DNA of 64,000 bases from Terriglobia bacterium (GCA_965223005.1 CBDCVK010000005.1:128001-192000), one strand, 5' to 3'. Shown: positions 9,152-19,748, counted from the first letter of the stretch. Program-made: numbers and translations. Notes: generated from the letters alone by a model not told the origin.

Positions 9152-10540
9152 TTACTCTACGCCCACCAAGGCCAGGACCAGCAGCATGGTGCGTTCGATG
9201 CCCGGCATCGTACCGGCCTTGTCCACGTTCACCCATTCGTCCAGGGAATGGCTGCGGCCACCTCGGCCGCCGGAGCCGACCGTGATGGCGGGAATCCCCA
9301 GGCTGATCGGCACATTGGCATCAGTGCTGCCGAAGCGCATCGCAGGCAAGTTCCCCAGAGCGCGGGTCACCGCCACGGCGGTTTCGACCAGCAGGGAGTC
9401 GGCGGGCGTCTGGCCGCCTTTGCGGTCCCCCACCAGCTTGGGTTCCACAACGATGCGGCCATACTCGGTGCTGCGCGCTTGGTTCTCTTCCCTGGCGCCT
9501 TCCTTGACCGCAGCCAGGAATTTCTGCTCGAGCCTGGCCAGCTCGGCCGGGGAGTCGGATCGCAAGTCCACCTCCATCCACACCGACTCGGGGAGGGCGT
9601 TCACTGAGGTGCCGCCGCCGTAACGACCCACGTTGAAGGTCGTCCTCGGATGCTCGGGCACCTTCAAGCGGCTGAAGCGTGCTACGGTGGCGGCCATGGC
9701 GAATGCCGGGTTCACCAAGCCGAAGGCACCATAGCTGTGGCCGCCCGGGCCGCGGTAGGTGACCCGGTAGCGCCGGCTAGCCACGCCGCCATTGGTGATT
9801 GCCGAATCCCCCAGCCCATCTATGGAAATGAACAGGTCCACCCGCTGGCGTAAGGGGCTCTTCTCGAACAGATAGCGGACGCCGCGCAGATCGCCCAGCC
9901 CCTCTTCGCCCACGTCGCCGACGAAGATGATGTCGCCGCCGGTGCGCACCGAGACGGCCTCTAGCGCCCGGATCAGCGCCAGCATGACCGTCAGGCCATG
10001 CCCATTGTCGCCGATGCCGGGGGCGGCGTAGATGCTTCCGTGTTTCCGGACCCGTGTCTTGGTCCCCTCAGGAAACACCGTATCCAGGTGCGCGGCCAGC
10101 ATCAGGGTGGGCCCGTCACCCGCGCCGGAACGCTCGCCTACGGCATTTCCCCCTTCGTCAATGTGGACGTTTTCCAGGCCCAGTCCGCGAAGGCGCTTGG
10201 CGAAGTACCGGGCGCGGGCTGCTTCTTTGAACGGCGGAGCGGGAATCTCGGTGAGGGCCACTAGGTCCTCGAGAATCTGGTCGTAGTGGTCACTCAAGTG
10301 CTTCAGCGCGGCTTCGACCGCCGGCCTCTTCGCCAGCGCCCGGATGTCGGCCTCAGTGGCAGCTTGAGGATGCCCCGCTGCAAGGCCCGTCGCAGGCGAG
10401 CCCAAGCAGAGCCACCAGGCCATGAAGACGGCCGCGGGCCGGATCGCGGCGGGATGCATGAGGCGCGCGCGTGTTGCGTTCTTGCGCTTCGCCGGTAAAA
10501 CTGGACCGCGCTGCCCTGCTGGACTCATTTGTCCTTCCAT
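9152..10540 (-). CDS. M20/M25/M40 family metallo-peptidase/hydrolase (start uncertain)
   Basis: AHLDTVF, GIGDN, GEEGLG, GGHS, GSTDAN, HSLDEW motifs; signal-like segment. Confidence 0.88.
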   Translation of the reverse strand: MEGQMSPAGQRGPVLPAKRKNATRARLMHPAAIRPAAVFMAWWLCLGSPATGLAAGHPQAATEADIRALAKRPAVEAALKHLSDHYDQILEDLVALTEIPAPPFKEAARARYFAKRLRGLGLENVHIDEGGNAVGERSGAGDGPTLMLAAHLDTVFPEGTKTRVRKHGSIYAAPGIGDNGHGLTVMLALIRALEAVSVRTGGDIIFVGDVGEEGLGDLRGVRYLFEKSPLRQRVDLFISIDGLGDSAITNGGVASRRYRVTYRGPGGHSYGAFGLVNPAFAMAATVARFSRLKVPEHPRTTFNVGRYGGGTSVNALPESVWMEVDLRSDSPAELARLEQKFLAAVKEGAREENQARSTEYGRIVVEPKLVGDRKGGQTPADSLLVETAVAVTRALGNLPAMRFGSTDANVPISLGIPAITVGSGGRGGRSHSLDEWVNVDKAGTMPGIERTMLLVLALVGVE

Positions 10541-10774
10541 CCCTCGAATTCCCTCCGGAATTCCTGGCTCAAGGGGGAGGTGCCGCAAGCGCACCGTAAG
10601 CATAGTGTAGCTCACTGGGAGTGAAGCTGTGCCATCGAGGCGGCAGTGTAGCACGCCGGATGCCCTCCGCTTGCGCGCAATTGACAAACTGCTTGGGCAA
10701 ATCCTCCATGAGTTGTTAGGTGCAAGGTGCGGCTACCGGCGCTAAAAGCTCAGTGAGTGGGCTATTATGGAGTC

Positions 10775-12424
10775 ATGGCGGAGCGAGACAAGCTGCTGGT
10801 GAACCAGGCTGAGACCCAGGCAGAGACCGGCGCCGACGAACGCGATGCCGAATTCACCACCATCAGCGGCCGGCCCGTCAACCGGCTCTACACACCCGAG
10901 CGCCTTTCCGGGTTCGAGTACGCCCGAGATTTAGGCGGTCCGGGCCAGTGGCCCTACACGCGCGGCGTCCATGCCACCATGTACCGCGGCAAGCTCTGGA
11001 CGATGCGGCAATTCTCCGGCTTCGCCACCCCGGAGCAAACGAACCAGCGCTACCGCTATCTGCTCGACCAGGGCCAGACAGGCCTTTCGGTGGCCTTCGA
11101 CCTGCCCACCCTAATGGGCTACGACGCCGACGACCCTACGTCGGAAGGCGAGGTGGGCAAATGTGGCGTGTCGGTCTCCTCGCTGGCCGACATGGAAACG
11201 CTGTTTGACGGAATCCCGCTGGACCAAGTCACTACCTCGATGACCATCAACTCCCCGGCCGCCATCCTCTGGGCGATGTACCTGGTGGTGGCCGAAAAGC
11301 AGGGCGCCGGCTGGGAAAACATCTCCGGCACTACCCAGAACGACATCCTTAAGGAATACATTGCGCAAAAGGAATACATCTTCCCGCCCCATCCTTCGAT
11401 GCGGCTCGTGGTGGACACGTTCGAGTTTGGCGCTCGCCACGCGCCCCACTGGAATACCATCTCCATCAGCGGCTACCACATCCGGGAAGCCGGTGCGACC
11501 GCGCTGCAGGAACTGGCTTTCACCCTGCGCGACGGCATCGAGTATGTCCAATGGGGCATCGAGCGAGGCCTCGAGGTGGATCAGTTCGGTCCTCGCCTCT
11601 CGTTCTTCTTCAACGCCCACAACGATTTCTTTGAGGAGATCGCCAAGTACCGCGCCGCCCGCAAGGTCTGGGCGCGGGTGATGCGCGAGCGATTCGGGGC
11701 CACGAACCCGCGCGCATGGGTGTGCCGTTTCCACACCCAGACCGCTGGCGTGTCGCTGACCGCGCAACAGCCCTACAACAACGTGGTCCGCACCGCCGTT
11801 CAGGCCCTGGCGGCCGTGCTCGGCGGCACGCAGTCGCTCCACACCAACTCGCTGGACGAAGCCTGGGCCCTGCCCACCGAAGAAGCCGTCACGCTGGCTC
11901 TCCGCACCCAGCAGGTTCTGGCCTACGAGTCCGGCGTCGCCGACACCGCGGACCCGCTGGGCGGCAGCTACTTTCTGGAGCGCCTGACGCTGGACATGGA
12001 ACAGGGCTGCTTCGACTACTTCGACAAGATTGACGCGCTGGGGGGAATGATCGCCGCCATCGAGAAGGGTTACCCCCAGCGGGAGATCGCCGAAGCCAGC
12101 TACCAGTTCCAGCGCGCTGTCGAGCAAAAGCGGAAAATCATCGTGGGTGTCAACGAGTTCGCCGCCGAGGAGAACCCCATCGCGACCCTGGTCATTGACG
12201 AAAGCGTGCGGCAGCAGCAGGCCGAAAAATTGCGGCGCCTGCGGAGCACGCGCGACAGCCGCCGGGCCAGCGAGACCCTGAGTGCCCTGGAACGTGCGGC
12301 GCGCGGCAGCGACAACCTGATGCCCTTGATTCTGGACTGTGTCCGCGCCTACGGCACCGTGGGCGAAATATGCGACGCTCTGCGGGGCATCTTCGGCACC
12401 TACGAGGAAGCCAGCATTTTATGA
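10775..12424 (+). CDS. icmA: B12-dependent acyl-CoA mutase large (substrate-binding) subunit, isobutyryl-CoA mutase-type signature
   Basis: [45 protein letters not shown]; no B12-binding domain. Confidence 0.85.
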   Translation: MAERDKLLVNQAETQAETGADERDAEFTTISGRPVNRLYTPERLSGFEYARDLGGPGQWPYTRGVHATMYRGKLWTMRQFSGFATPEQTNQRYRYLLDQGQTGLSVAFDLPTLMGYDADDPTSEGEVGKCGVSVSSLADMETLFDGIPLDQVTTSMTINSPAAILWAMYLVVAEKQGAGWENISGTTQNDILKEYIAQKEYIFPPHPSMRLVVDTFEFGARHAPHWNTISISGYHIREAGATALQELAFTLRDGIEYVQWGIERGLEVDQFGPRLSFFFNAHNDFFEEIAKYRAARKVWARVMRERFGATNPRAWVCRFHTQTAGVSLTAQQPYNNVVRTAVQALAAVLGGTQSLHTNSLDEAWALPTEEAVTLALRTQQVLAYESGVADTADPLGGSYFLERLTLDMEQGCFDYFDKIDALGGMIAAIEKGYPQREIAEASYQFQRAVEQKRKIIVGVNEFAAEENPIATLVIDESVRQQQAEKLRRLRSTRDSRRASETLSALERAARGSDNLMPLILDCVRAYGTVGEICDALRGIFGTYEEASIL

Positions 12425-12504
12425 CGAATGGATAGGGAACACAGATACAGCGAAACATGGAGAATGGCTACAAATAGATACCGCTCTTAATAACTACTTT
12501 CTGG

Positions 12505-12867
12505 ATGCGCCAATCTATGGCAAGTCCTCAGATAGCAATCCTGATTTCCCTGGCTGGCGTTTCGGCCGTCTTTGCGTTTGTGTGCGACGTCCTGTTATCC
12601 CGAAAAGCCAGTAAACTCCGGGAATGGCTGCAGCGGGAGCGTCCAGAACTCTGGTCGGAGTTGAATTTCGTCGTAAGAAACTGGAATGGTGGCCAGCCTG
12701 GCTTGAAGCTACTCTATCGCAGGAAGGCTGTCGGTCTTCCAGAGTTTGATATGCAGTATGAACAATTGCGTGCATTGGAACGGAAGCTTCTTTGGGGCGT
12801 AGGAATAGGTTCGGCCTCCATTGGCTTGGTCCTTGTAGGCTCCCGGTTTTGGGGCTGGCAGTGGTGA
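12505..12867 (+). CDS. Hypothetical two-TM membrane protein
   Basis: 120-aa ORF with N- and C-terminal hydrophobic helices in an AT-richer segment. Confidence 0.55.
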   Translation: MRQSMASPQIAILISLAGVSAVFAFVCDVLLSRKASKLREWLQRERPELWSELNFVVRNWNGGQPGLKLLYRRKAVGLPEFDMQYEQLRALERKLLWGVGIGSASIGLVLVGSRFWGWQW

Positions 12868-12940
12868 TAGTGTAGATGTGTTATAAATTGTTTTCAATTC
12901 GCTTGCAAGAAAATCGCCGCCGCCCTGCGGTGAATCGTCA

Positions 12941-13357
12941 ATGAATCCATCCAGGAAAATTCGGGTATTGGTTGCCAAACCCGGCCTGGACGGTCACGAC
13001 CGCGGGGCCAAGGTGATCGCTCGCGCCCTGCGCGACGCCGGCATGGAGGTGATCTACACCGGGTTGCGCCAGACGCCGGAGATGATTGCCACCGCCGCGC
13101 TGCAAGAGGACGTGGACGTGGTGGGCCTCTCCATCCTGTCGGGCGCGCACACCACCATCGTCCCGCGCGTCTGCGCCCTGCTGAAGGAGAAGGGGCTGGA
13201 CGACGTGCTGGTCCTGCTGGGGGGCATCATCCCCGACGCCGACATCCCCGCGCTGAAAGAGCAGGGTGTGACCGCGGTGTTCCAGCCCGGCGCCTCGATG
13301 GACAGTATCATCCAGTTCGTCCAGACTCATGTCTCGGAGCACCCTGCCCGCAGGTGA
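12941..13357 (+). CDS. icmB: Cobalamin-binding small subunit of acyl-CoA mutase
   Basis: [13 protein letters not shown] (DxHxxG) and GLSILSGAH motifs. Confidence 0.9.
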   Translation: MNPSRKIRVLVAKPGLDGHDRGAKVIARALRDAGMEVIYTGLRQTPEMIATAALQEDVDVVGLSILSGAHTTIVPRVCALLKEKGLDDVLVLLGGIIPDADIPALKEQGVTAVFQPGASMDSIIQFVQTHVSEHPARR

Positions 13358-13408
13358 GGCCCCGCGGCAGGCTGCTCGAAGGCACATTTCCCGAAGGAGC
13401 AACTCCCT

Positions 13409-14680
13409 ATGCGTCCCGTCTACATGGTCGCGGGCGGAATCACCAAGTTTCGCAAAGCCGAGCCGGGTAAGAGCTTCCGGGTGATGGTCAAGGAGGCCTA
13501 TGACTACGCTCGGCGCGACGTGCCCAAGCTCACCGCCGACACGATTGACGGCACCGTGGTCAGCTACTTCTCCGACCACTTCACTCGCCAGTTGAAAGCC
13601 GGAGTGATGGCGGTGGACATGTGCGGCCTGGTGCCCAAGCCGACGGTGCGCATCGAGGGCGGCGGGGCCACCGGCGGCCTCTGTGTCCAGGAGGCCTGGC
13701 GCACCGTTGCCAGCGGCATGATGGATTGCGTGGTGGCTATGGGCTTCGAGACCATGTCCCGCGTCAACACCTGGAAGGGGAACGAATTCATCGCCTGTGC
13801 CTCCGACACCAACTTTGACTATCCGGTGGGCGGCTTCTACACTGGCTACTACGCGATGATGGTGGTGCGTCACATGCATGAGTTCGGCACCACCCGCCGG
13901 CAACTGGCCCTGGTGACGGTGAAAAACCACCGCAATGCGCTCCACAACAGGTGGGCGCAACACCACTACGACCTGACGGTGGAGGACGTGCTGAATTCCC
14001 CGATGGTAGCCTACCCGCTGACCATGCTCGACATCTGCACCATGTCGGACGGCGCGGCAGTCTGCATCCTGTGCTCGGAGGAGGTAGCCCAGCGAGTCTG
14101 CCGCCGCCCGGTGCTGGTGAAGGCGATCGGCGCCGGCTCCGACGCCATGCGCATGGCCGATCGCCCCCACGGGAAGGTCCCCCTGCTGCCCCATGAGGAC
14201 AAGAAGTGGTACAAGAACTTGAAATATCCCGGCGTACATTCCTTCCGCGCCGGGCGGACGGCCGCCATCAACGTATACAAGATGGCTGGCATCACCAACC
14301 CGGTTGAAGAGATCGACTTCATGGAGCTGCACGACGCCTACACCTCCAGCGAAATCCAGACCTACGAGGACATGGGCCTGTGTCGCTACGGTGAGGGCGG
14401 CAAGTTCATTGAGTCCGGGGCGCCGATGTTGGACGGAAACATTCCGGTCAACCCTTCCGGAGGACTGATTGCCTGCGGCCACCCGGTGGGAGCCACCGGC
14501 CTGATGCAAGCCGTGTTCGCCTTCTGGCAGTTGCAGGGCACCGTCGCTAAGCACAACGGCGGCGACGGCCGTATGCAGGTCAAGCCAAAGAAGAAGAAAA
14601 ATCGCCCCATGCGCGGCCTGATCCACAGCCACGCCGGCACCGGCACCTATGTGACCGCCACGCTGATGGAGAGCGTCTAG
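13409..14680 (+). CDS. SCP2-type/archaeal-like thiolase-fold protein lacking the nucleophile Cys
   Basis: SDGAA, ELHDAY, NPSGG, GHPVGATG motifs; EGGGATGG at the usual Cys position. Confidence 0.85.
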   Translation: MRPVYMVAGGITKFRKAEPGKSFRVMVKEAYDYARRDVPKLTADTIDGTVVSYFSDHFTRQLKAGVMAVDMCGLVPKPTVRIEGGGATGGLCVQEAWRTVASGMMDCVVAMGFETMSRVNTWKGNEFIACASDTNFDYPVGGFYTGYYAMMVVRHMHEFGTTRRQLALVTVKNHRNALHNRWAQHHYDLTVEDVLNSPMVAYPLTMLDICTMSDGAAVCILCSEEVAQRVCRRPVLVKAIGAGSDAMRMADRPHGKVPLLPHEDKKWYKNLKYPGVHSFRAGRTAAINVYKMAGITNPVEEIDFMELHDAYTSSEIQTYEDMGLCRYGEGGKFIESGAPMLDGNIPVNPSGGLIACGHPVGATGLMQAVFAFWQLQGTVAKHNGGDGRMQVKPKKKKNRPMRGLIHSHAGTGTYVTATLMESV

Positions 14681-14682
14681 CC

Positions 14683-15243
14683 ATGCTCAGAAAAAAAGCG
14701 AAGCCCTCCCGCCCGACCGGCTCCAAGCCCCGGTACGATAAGGTCCGGCTGCCGGAGTTGGACACCGGCACTGTGGTCTGGAACACGGACCCGCTGATCA
14801 TTCGCGCGCACTACGAAATTGATTACATCCACAGCTACGCGGAAGACACGCCGTTCTTCCTTGGCTTGTCGCAGGGAAAGTTGATGGGCAGCCGCTGCAC
14901 CCGCTGCCGGCACGCATTTGCCACCCCCCGCGCCTACTGCATGCAGTGCGGCGCTCAGACCAAATGGATCGAGCTTCCCCGTCAGGGACGCATCCACACC
15001 TGGACCACCTGCCACTTTGGCGGCGAGGAGTTTCTGAAAGAAACCCCGTTCAACCTGGTACTGGTGGAGTTTGAGAGAATCGACACGCTGCTGCTGTCCC
15101 GCCTGGTGGGCGTCACCCAGGAACAGATCCACGTGGGCATGGGCATCGCCGCGCGGTTCCGCCGCAATTCCCAGTTCAAGCCCACTGACGTCTACTTCGT
15201 CCCGGCCGAGCCCGCGGCCCGGAGGCGGAAAACGGCAGTCTGA
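14683..15243 (+). CDS. Zn-ribbon/OB-fold (DUF35) thiolase partner
   Basis: CTRC...PRAYCMQC zinc ribbon followed by GRIHTWT OB fold; directly after the thiolase. Confidence 0.88.
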   Translation: MLRKKAKPSRPTGSKPRYDKVRLPELDTGTVVWNTDPLIIRAHYEIDYIHSYAEDTPFFLGLSQGKLMGSRCTRCRHAFATPRAYCMQCGAQTKWIELPRQGRIHTWTTCHFGGEEFLKETPFNLVLVEFERIDTLLLSRLVGVTQEQIHVGMGIAARFRRNSQFKPTDVYFVPAEPAARRRKTAV

Positions 15244-15647
15244 TGCGCGACCCCGTGGAAAGCACCGTGCGCGTGCGGTATGCCGAAACGGACCAGATGG
15301 GCGTGGTCTACTACGGGCATTACTTCACCTATTTCGAGGTGGGGCGCGTGGAGTGGTGCAGGGCGCGCGGTTTCAATTATCGCGACATGGAGCGGGAGGA
15401 CGGCGCGCTGCTGGTGGTGGCCGAAGCGCGCTGCCGCTATAAGGCGCCCGCTCGCTTCGACGACCTGCTGCGAATTCGCACCTGGCTGAAGCACACCCGC
15501 CCCACCGTAATTGCCTTCGCCTACGAGCTGCACAATTCCGAGAGTGGCCAGTTGCTGGCCACCGGCGAAACCGTGCACTTCATCACCGACTCAAACCTGC
15601 AGCCACGTCCGCTATCGGAGAAGTATCGCGCTCTGTTCGGGCTTTAA
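15243..15647 (+). CDS. YbgC/FadM-type acyl-CoA thioesterase
   Basis: VRYAETDQMGVVYY motif. Confidence 0.9.
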   Translation: MRDPVESTVRVRYAETDQMGVVYYGHYFTYFEVGRVEWCRARGFNYRDMEREDGALLVVAEARCRYKAPARFDDLLRIRTWLKHTRPTVIAFAYELHNSESGQLLATGETVHFITDSNLQPRPLSEKYRALFGL

Positions 15648-15702
15648 CGCGGCCCGCCTTCCGCTGCGATAGAGTCACAGCCTATATAGGCGGGGTTTCG
15701 GC

Positions 15703-16773
15703 TCAAGGGCGCTGTGCGAAAAAGACTCCAACGGCCACGACGGCGCCTAACCCAAGGAAGGCCATCAAGATGATGATCAGTTCAGGAGTTCGGATAATAG
15801 CGAATGCCTCCGCGGCCGGCTGAGACACTAATACAGCCCAGCTCAAATTGCTGTAATCCTCCTTGAGCCCAGTGTCTGCAAAGCCGATGAGAGTTTCGCC
15901 TTGGTCCCTGACTTCGGAAACAATGTAACCTGTTTGGCGACTCCTTAGCACACCTAACGCATCGAAAACCGACACATATCCATCGGAGCGTACATTCGCC
16001 GAGAACGAAATATTCGGGCCGCTAACGATCCTCCCGTCACCACTCACCAAAATGACACGGCCCCGAGGGCCGACGTCGGCCCGCTCTAGGAGTGGCGTAA
16101 TGCTGGCAATGTCGATCATCGCGTGCAGCGCCCCTATAGACTGGGCTGAATCCTCCTCGAGGATGGGTACCCCAATCCCAATAAAGTTGATCCCCGTAGC
16201 CGGATCGTGCTCGATATCCAAGATGCTAATCACGCTCCTGCCTTCCGCATAGATGCTGCGCCAATCTTCTTCGTCCCCCTGAAAGTAATCGGAGGTTTTA
16301 TGAGTTGCCGCAACGGTGGCACCTTGCTCGTCGATCACCGTAATCCGCAGAAACTTGGGGTCGCGTTGAAGCATACGGCGAAGCTCACGCGAAGCCCGGT
16401 TAGACAGTACCCGGTCCACCAGCGGCTTCCCCTCGCCCTTGTTCCAGACCTCATCTCCCTTCTGCATTTTCGCGCTGATTGCAATATCGCTCATCCCCCG
16501 GTAAGACCGATTGGCAGCGACCAATACGTCGAGTACGGCAGGATTCGCTGCTATCAAAGTTATGTCTACTACAGTACTGTGGATGGAGTCAGAGATCGCG
16601 TCGGCGGTCGCGTGGGCGATCGTTGTGAAATGGCCACCGATCTCCCTCTCCGCGCTTCTAGCGGTTCGGTTAATCCCGTATAAAGCAACAAGGCTGATAG
16701 GAACGGCGATGACAAGCAGTACAACCAGCAACTTCCGCGCGGAAATTGCGAACTCAAATCTTTCCTGCAGCAT
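15703..16773 (-). CDS. Membrane-anchored Cache-domain sensor-like protein without cytoplasmic output domain
   Basis: TM-periplasmic-TM; ITVIDEQGATVAAT..SDYFQGDEEDW and WAVLVSQPAAEAF are dCache-like. Confidence 0.75.
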   Translation of the reverse strand: MLQERFEFAISARKLLVVLLVIAVPISLVALYGINRTARSAEREIGGHFTTIAHATADAISDSIHSTVVDITLIAANPAVLDVLVAANRSYRGMSDIAISAKMQKGDEVWNKGEGKPLVDRVLSNRASRELRRMLQRDPKFLRITVIDEQGATVAATHKTSDYFQGDEEDWRSIYAEGRSVISILDIEHDPATGINFIGIGVPILEEDSAQSIGALHAMIDIASITPLLERADVGPRGRVILVSGDGRIVSGPNISFSANVRSDGYVSVFDALGVLRSRQTGYIVSEVRDQGETLIGFADTGLKEDYSNLSWAVLVSQPAAEAFAIIRTPELIIILMAFLGLGAVVAVGVFFAQRP

Positions 16774-17112
16774 CGTGAGCCTCCTTGCCGGTTGAGCTAG
16801 TCAAAGTGACCTTGATTTGCATTCTACACCTTTTGCTTTTGGATTTCTTCTGTTGCCGATGCTTCGGCCGATGGCCTCATGTTCCATAAAAATACCGCAG
16901 TCCCTTAAGCCAACCACTGCACTTCGCCGGGGAACACCGCCGACACAAGCCGGAGCATTTGCTACAGAAAAGAAACAATATGGTGCCTTGCAAGCGGTAG
17001 ATTCGGTAACATGCGGGCGTGGCGGACATGGCGCGCATGAAGGATTCGGTCGCGGAAACACGTGCCCAACAGCGCTTAGCGGCCAATCAGACATGCTGAA
17101 CTCACAGGCATC

Positions 17113-17850
17113 ATGAAGATTTCGGCCACCATCATCGCCCTGAACGAGGAGCGCAATTTGCCGCGAGCCCTGGAGACGCTGGATTGCGCCGACGAGGTGG
17201 TCGTGGTGGACTCCGGCTCCACCGACCGCACCCGCGAGGTTGCTCACCGCTACGGCGCGCGCGTCATCGAGAATGCCTGGCCCGGCTACGCAGCCCAGAA
17301 GAACTTCGCCGCTGCGCAGGCCAGCCACGATTGGATTCTGTCGCTGGACGCCGACGAGGCGCTCGGCGAGAGTCTCTCGGCGGAAATCATGCGCCTGAAG
17401 CAGGAGGAGCCGCGTGCGGCCGGCTACCGCATGCCCCGCCGCGCCCAATATCTGGGTCGATGGATCCTGCACTCCGGCTGGTATCCCGACCATAAGCTGC
17501 GGCTCTACGATCGCCGCCGTGGGCGCTGGGCGGGACAATACATCCACGAAAGCGTCGAGGTAGAAGGACCCGTGGAGATGCTCGAGGCTGACCTGCTGCA
17601 CTACACCTGTGATTCGCTGAGCCAGCACATGCGCACTCTGGATCGCTACACTACGCTGGCCGCGCAGGAGCTGCGCACCCAGGGACGCCAGGCCACCGCG
17701 GCTCGCCTGATGCTGGCTCCACCCCTGACCTTCCTGAAGACCTACCTGCTGCAGCAAGGCTTTCGCGACGGCTATCCGGGACTGCTCATCTCGGCTATGG
17801 CCGCCTGGTACGTCTTCCTGAAGTGGGCCAAGACGCGAGAACCCGGATGA
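17113..17850 (+). CDS. GT2 glycosyltransferase (KdtX/LgtF-like)
   Basis: VDSGSTD, QKNFA, LDADE, WYPD..LRL motifs. Confidence 0.9.
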   Translation: MKISATIIALNEERNLPRALETLDCADEVVVVDSGSTDRTREVAHRYGARVIENAWPGYAAQKNFAAAQASHDWILSLDADEALGESLSAEIMRLKQEEPRAAGYRMPRRAQYLGRWILHSGWYPDHKLRLYDRRRGRWAGQYIHESVEVEGPVEMLEADLLHYTCDSLSQHMRTLDRYTTLAAQELRTQGRQATAARLMLAPPLTFLKTYLLQQGFRDGYPGLLISAMAAWYVFLKWAKTREPG

Positions 17851-18884
17851 ATATCCTTCACCTGGACAACGGGCGCCAGTTGCGCGGCGGTCAGTGGCAG
17901 GTGTTGCTCCTGATGCAGGCGCTAAGTCGGCGCGGGCACCGCCAGCAACTGCTGGCGCGGCCCGGATCTCCACTGCTCGAGCGGGCGCGGCGCGCCGGCT
18001 TCGCCGTTGAACCCTCACGCCTGGGCTGGCGTCTGCCTCCCGGGAGTGGCTTCCCTGCCGACCTGATTCACGCGCACGATGCCGCTTCGCACACGGCGGC
18101 CGTCCTGCGGCGCAGGCGGGCACCGCTAGTGGTCTCGCGGCGGGTCAGCTTTCCAGTGGGACGCGGATGGCTCTCGCGCTGGAAATACGCGCGCGCTGCA
18201 CACTACATCGCCGTGTCGCACTACGTCGCGCGTCAGCTGCGCTCGGTCGGCATCCCACAGGAACGCATCGCGGTAGTCCTCGATGGCGTTTCCCTGCCCG
18301 TCCTGACCCAGCGCGGCGAGCAGCGCGCGGCATTTCGCCGCCGCTGGAATCTCCCCGCCGAGACCTTCGTCGCCGGGACGTTGACGAGCCTGCGCGAGAA
18401 GCCGATCCTCCCGCTACTGGAGGCCGCAGAGGGTCGCCAGCGAATGCATCTCCTGGTCGCGTCCAGCGATACGGCAGATCTCTTAACCCGGCCCAGAGCC
18501 TTCGCCGGAGCCAGCAACATTCACTTCCTCCGTCCTGAAGCCGATGCCTCCCCGTTCCTGTTCGCGCTGGACGCGTTTGTGCACCTGTCAGACTCCGAAG
18601 GGCTGGGCTCGGCGTCGCTTCTGGCCATGGCCCACGGCCTGCCTGTGGTCGCCAGCAACGTCGGCGGCCTGCCGGAGATTGTGCTCGAGGGTGAAACCGG
18701 GCTGCTGGTGGAGAACCAGGCCGGCGAAGTGGGCGCGGGTCTGGAAAAGCTACTGGCGGACCGGGAACTGGCGGCAGGCATGGGTCGCCGGGCGCGCCAG
18801 TTCGTTGAGGCTCGGGCAACGGATGATATAATGGCTGAAGCTTCGGAGCGCGTGTACCTGGAGGCCCTTCGGAGTCTCAGTTGA
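17847..18884 (+). CDS. GT4 glycosyltransferase
   Basis: RGGQWQ, HAH, EGLG..LLAMAHGLPVVASNVGGLPE; ATGA overlap with GT2. Confidence 0.88.
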   Translation: MNILHLDNGRQLRGGQWQVLLLMQALSRRGHRQQLLARPGSPLLERARRAGFAVEPSRLGWRLPPGSGFPADLIHAHDAASHTAAVLRRRRAPLVVSRRVSFPVGRGWLSRWKYARAAHYIAVSHYVARQLRSVGIPQERIAVVLDGVSLPVLTQRGEQRAAFRRRWNLPAETFVAGTLTSLREKPILPLLEAAEGRQRMHLLVASSDTADLLTRPRAFAGASNIHFLRPEADASPFLFALDAFVHLSDSEGLGSASLLAMAHGLPVVASNVGGLPEIVLEGETGLLVENQAGEVGAGLEKLLADRELAAGMGRRARQFVEARATDDIMAEASERVYLEALRSLS

Positions 18885-18923
18885 ACTGAGGGGTTACAAG
18901 CAAGGACAATTCGCGCGTCAGAC

Positions 18924-19748
18924 GTGTTCCCACTTTCGGCATTCCTCTTCGGCCTGGTTATCGGCAGCTTCCTGAATGTGGTCATCCACCGCGTGCCGCG
19001 CGGGAAATCCGTTGTCGCTCCCCGCTCGCGGTGCCCGCACTGCGGCCACCAGATCGCCTGGTACGAGAACATTCCCCTGGCCAGCTACTTGGCGCTGCGA
19101 GGGCGTTGCAGCTCTTGCGGGGTGCCGATCTCTGTCCGGTACTTCATGGTGGAGTTGCTGACCGGAGCTATCTTTGCAATCCTGGCCGCCGTCTTCGGCT
19201 TCGGATTGCCGTTCCTCAAATACGCCCTGTTCGCCTCGCTGACCATTGCGCTGATGTTCATTGATCTTGCCGATCGCTTGCTCCCCGATGTCCTCACATT
19301 CCCGGGAATGGTGGCCGGGCTGGTTTTCAGCCTGCTGGTCCCGGTGGGCGACGGCAGCGCGGCGGCGCTGCTGCGAGTGGGTGGCTTGCGGCCGGACTCT
19401 TTGCAACTGCTGTCGCTGGCCGATGCCCTGTTGGGCGGCCTTGTCGGTGCGGGCGTACTCTGGTTTGTTGCGGAAGCCTACAAGCGGCTGCGGCATCGCG
19501 AGGGCCTGGGCTTTGGCGACGTGAAGCTAATGGCGCTGGTCGGCGCCTTCCTGGGGCCCGCACTGGCACTGCTGACCATCTTCCTGGGCTCGCTGCTCGG
19601 CACGGTGATTGGCGGCTCCTACATATTGCTCGGGGGGAAGGACAGCCAGTACGAATTGCCCTTCGGAACCTTTCTGGGTCTTACGGCGCTGGTCTCGGCG
19701 ATGTGGGGCAGGGAGATTGTGCATTGGTACCTGTTTCTCTCTTTCTAA
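18924..19748 (+). CDS. pilD: Prepilin peptidase (A24)
   Basis: GSFLNVVIHR, RSRCPHC, RGRCSSC, GFGDVKL, PFGTFL. Confidence 0.95.
   Translation: MFPLSAFLFGLVIGSFLNVVIHRVPRGKSVVAPRSRCPHCGHQIAWYENIPLASYLALRGRCSSCGVPISVRYFMVELLTGAIFAILAAVFGFGLPFLKYALFASLTIALMFIDLADRLLPDVLTFPGMVAGLVFSLLVPVGDGSAAALLRVGGLRPDSLQLLSLADALLGGLVGAGVLWFVAEAYKRLRHREGLGFGDVKLMALVGAFLGPALALLTIFLGSLLGTVIGGSYILLGGKDSQYELPFGTFLGLTALVSAMWGREIVHWYLFLSF

Noticed and set aside
10541-10774. Possible cobalamin riboswitch upstream of the B12 mutase
   Set aside because: Only a weak cactggga fragment; no recognisable B12 box or CCCGCAACTGT core
12938-14632. Long antisense ORF (564 aa) and similar shadow ORFs such as 46930..47829 and 58206..59231
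   Set aside because: They lie opposite well-supported genes and are expected in high-GC DNA
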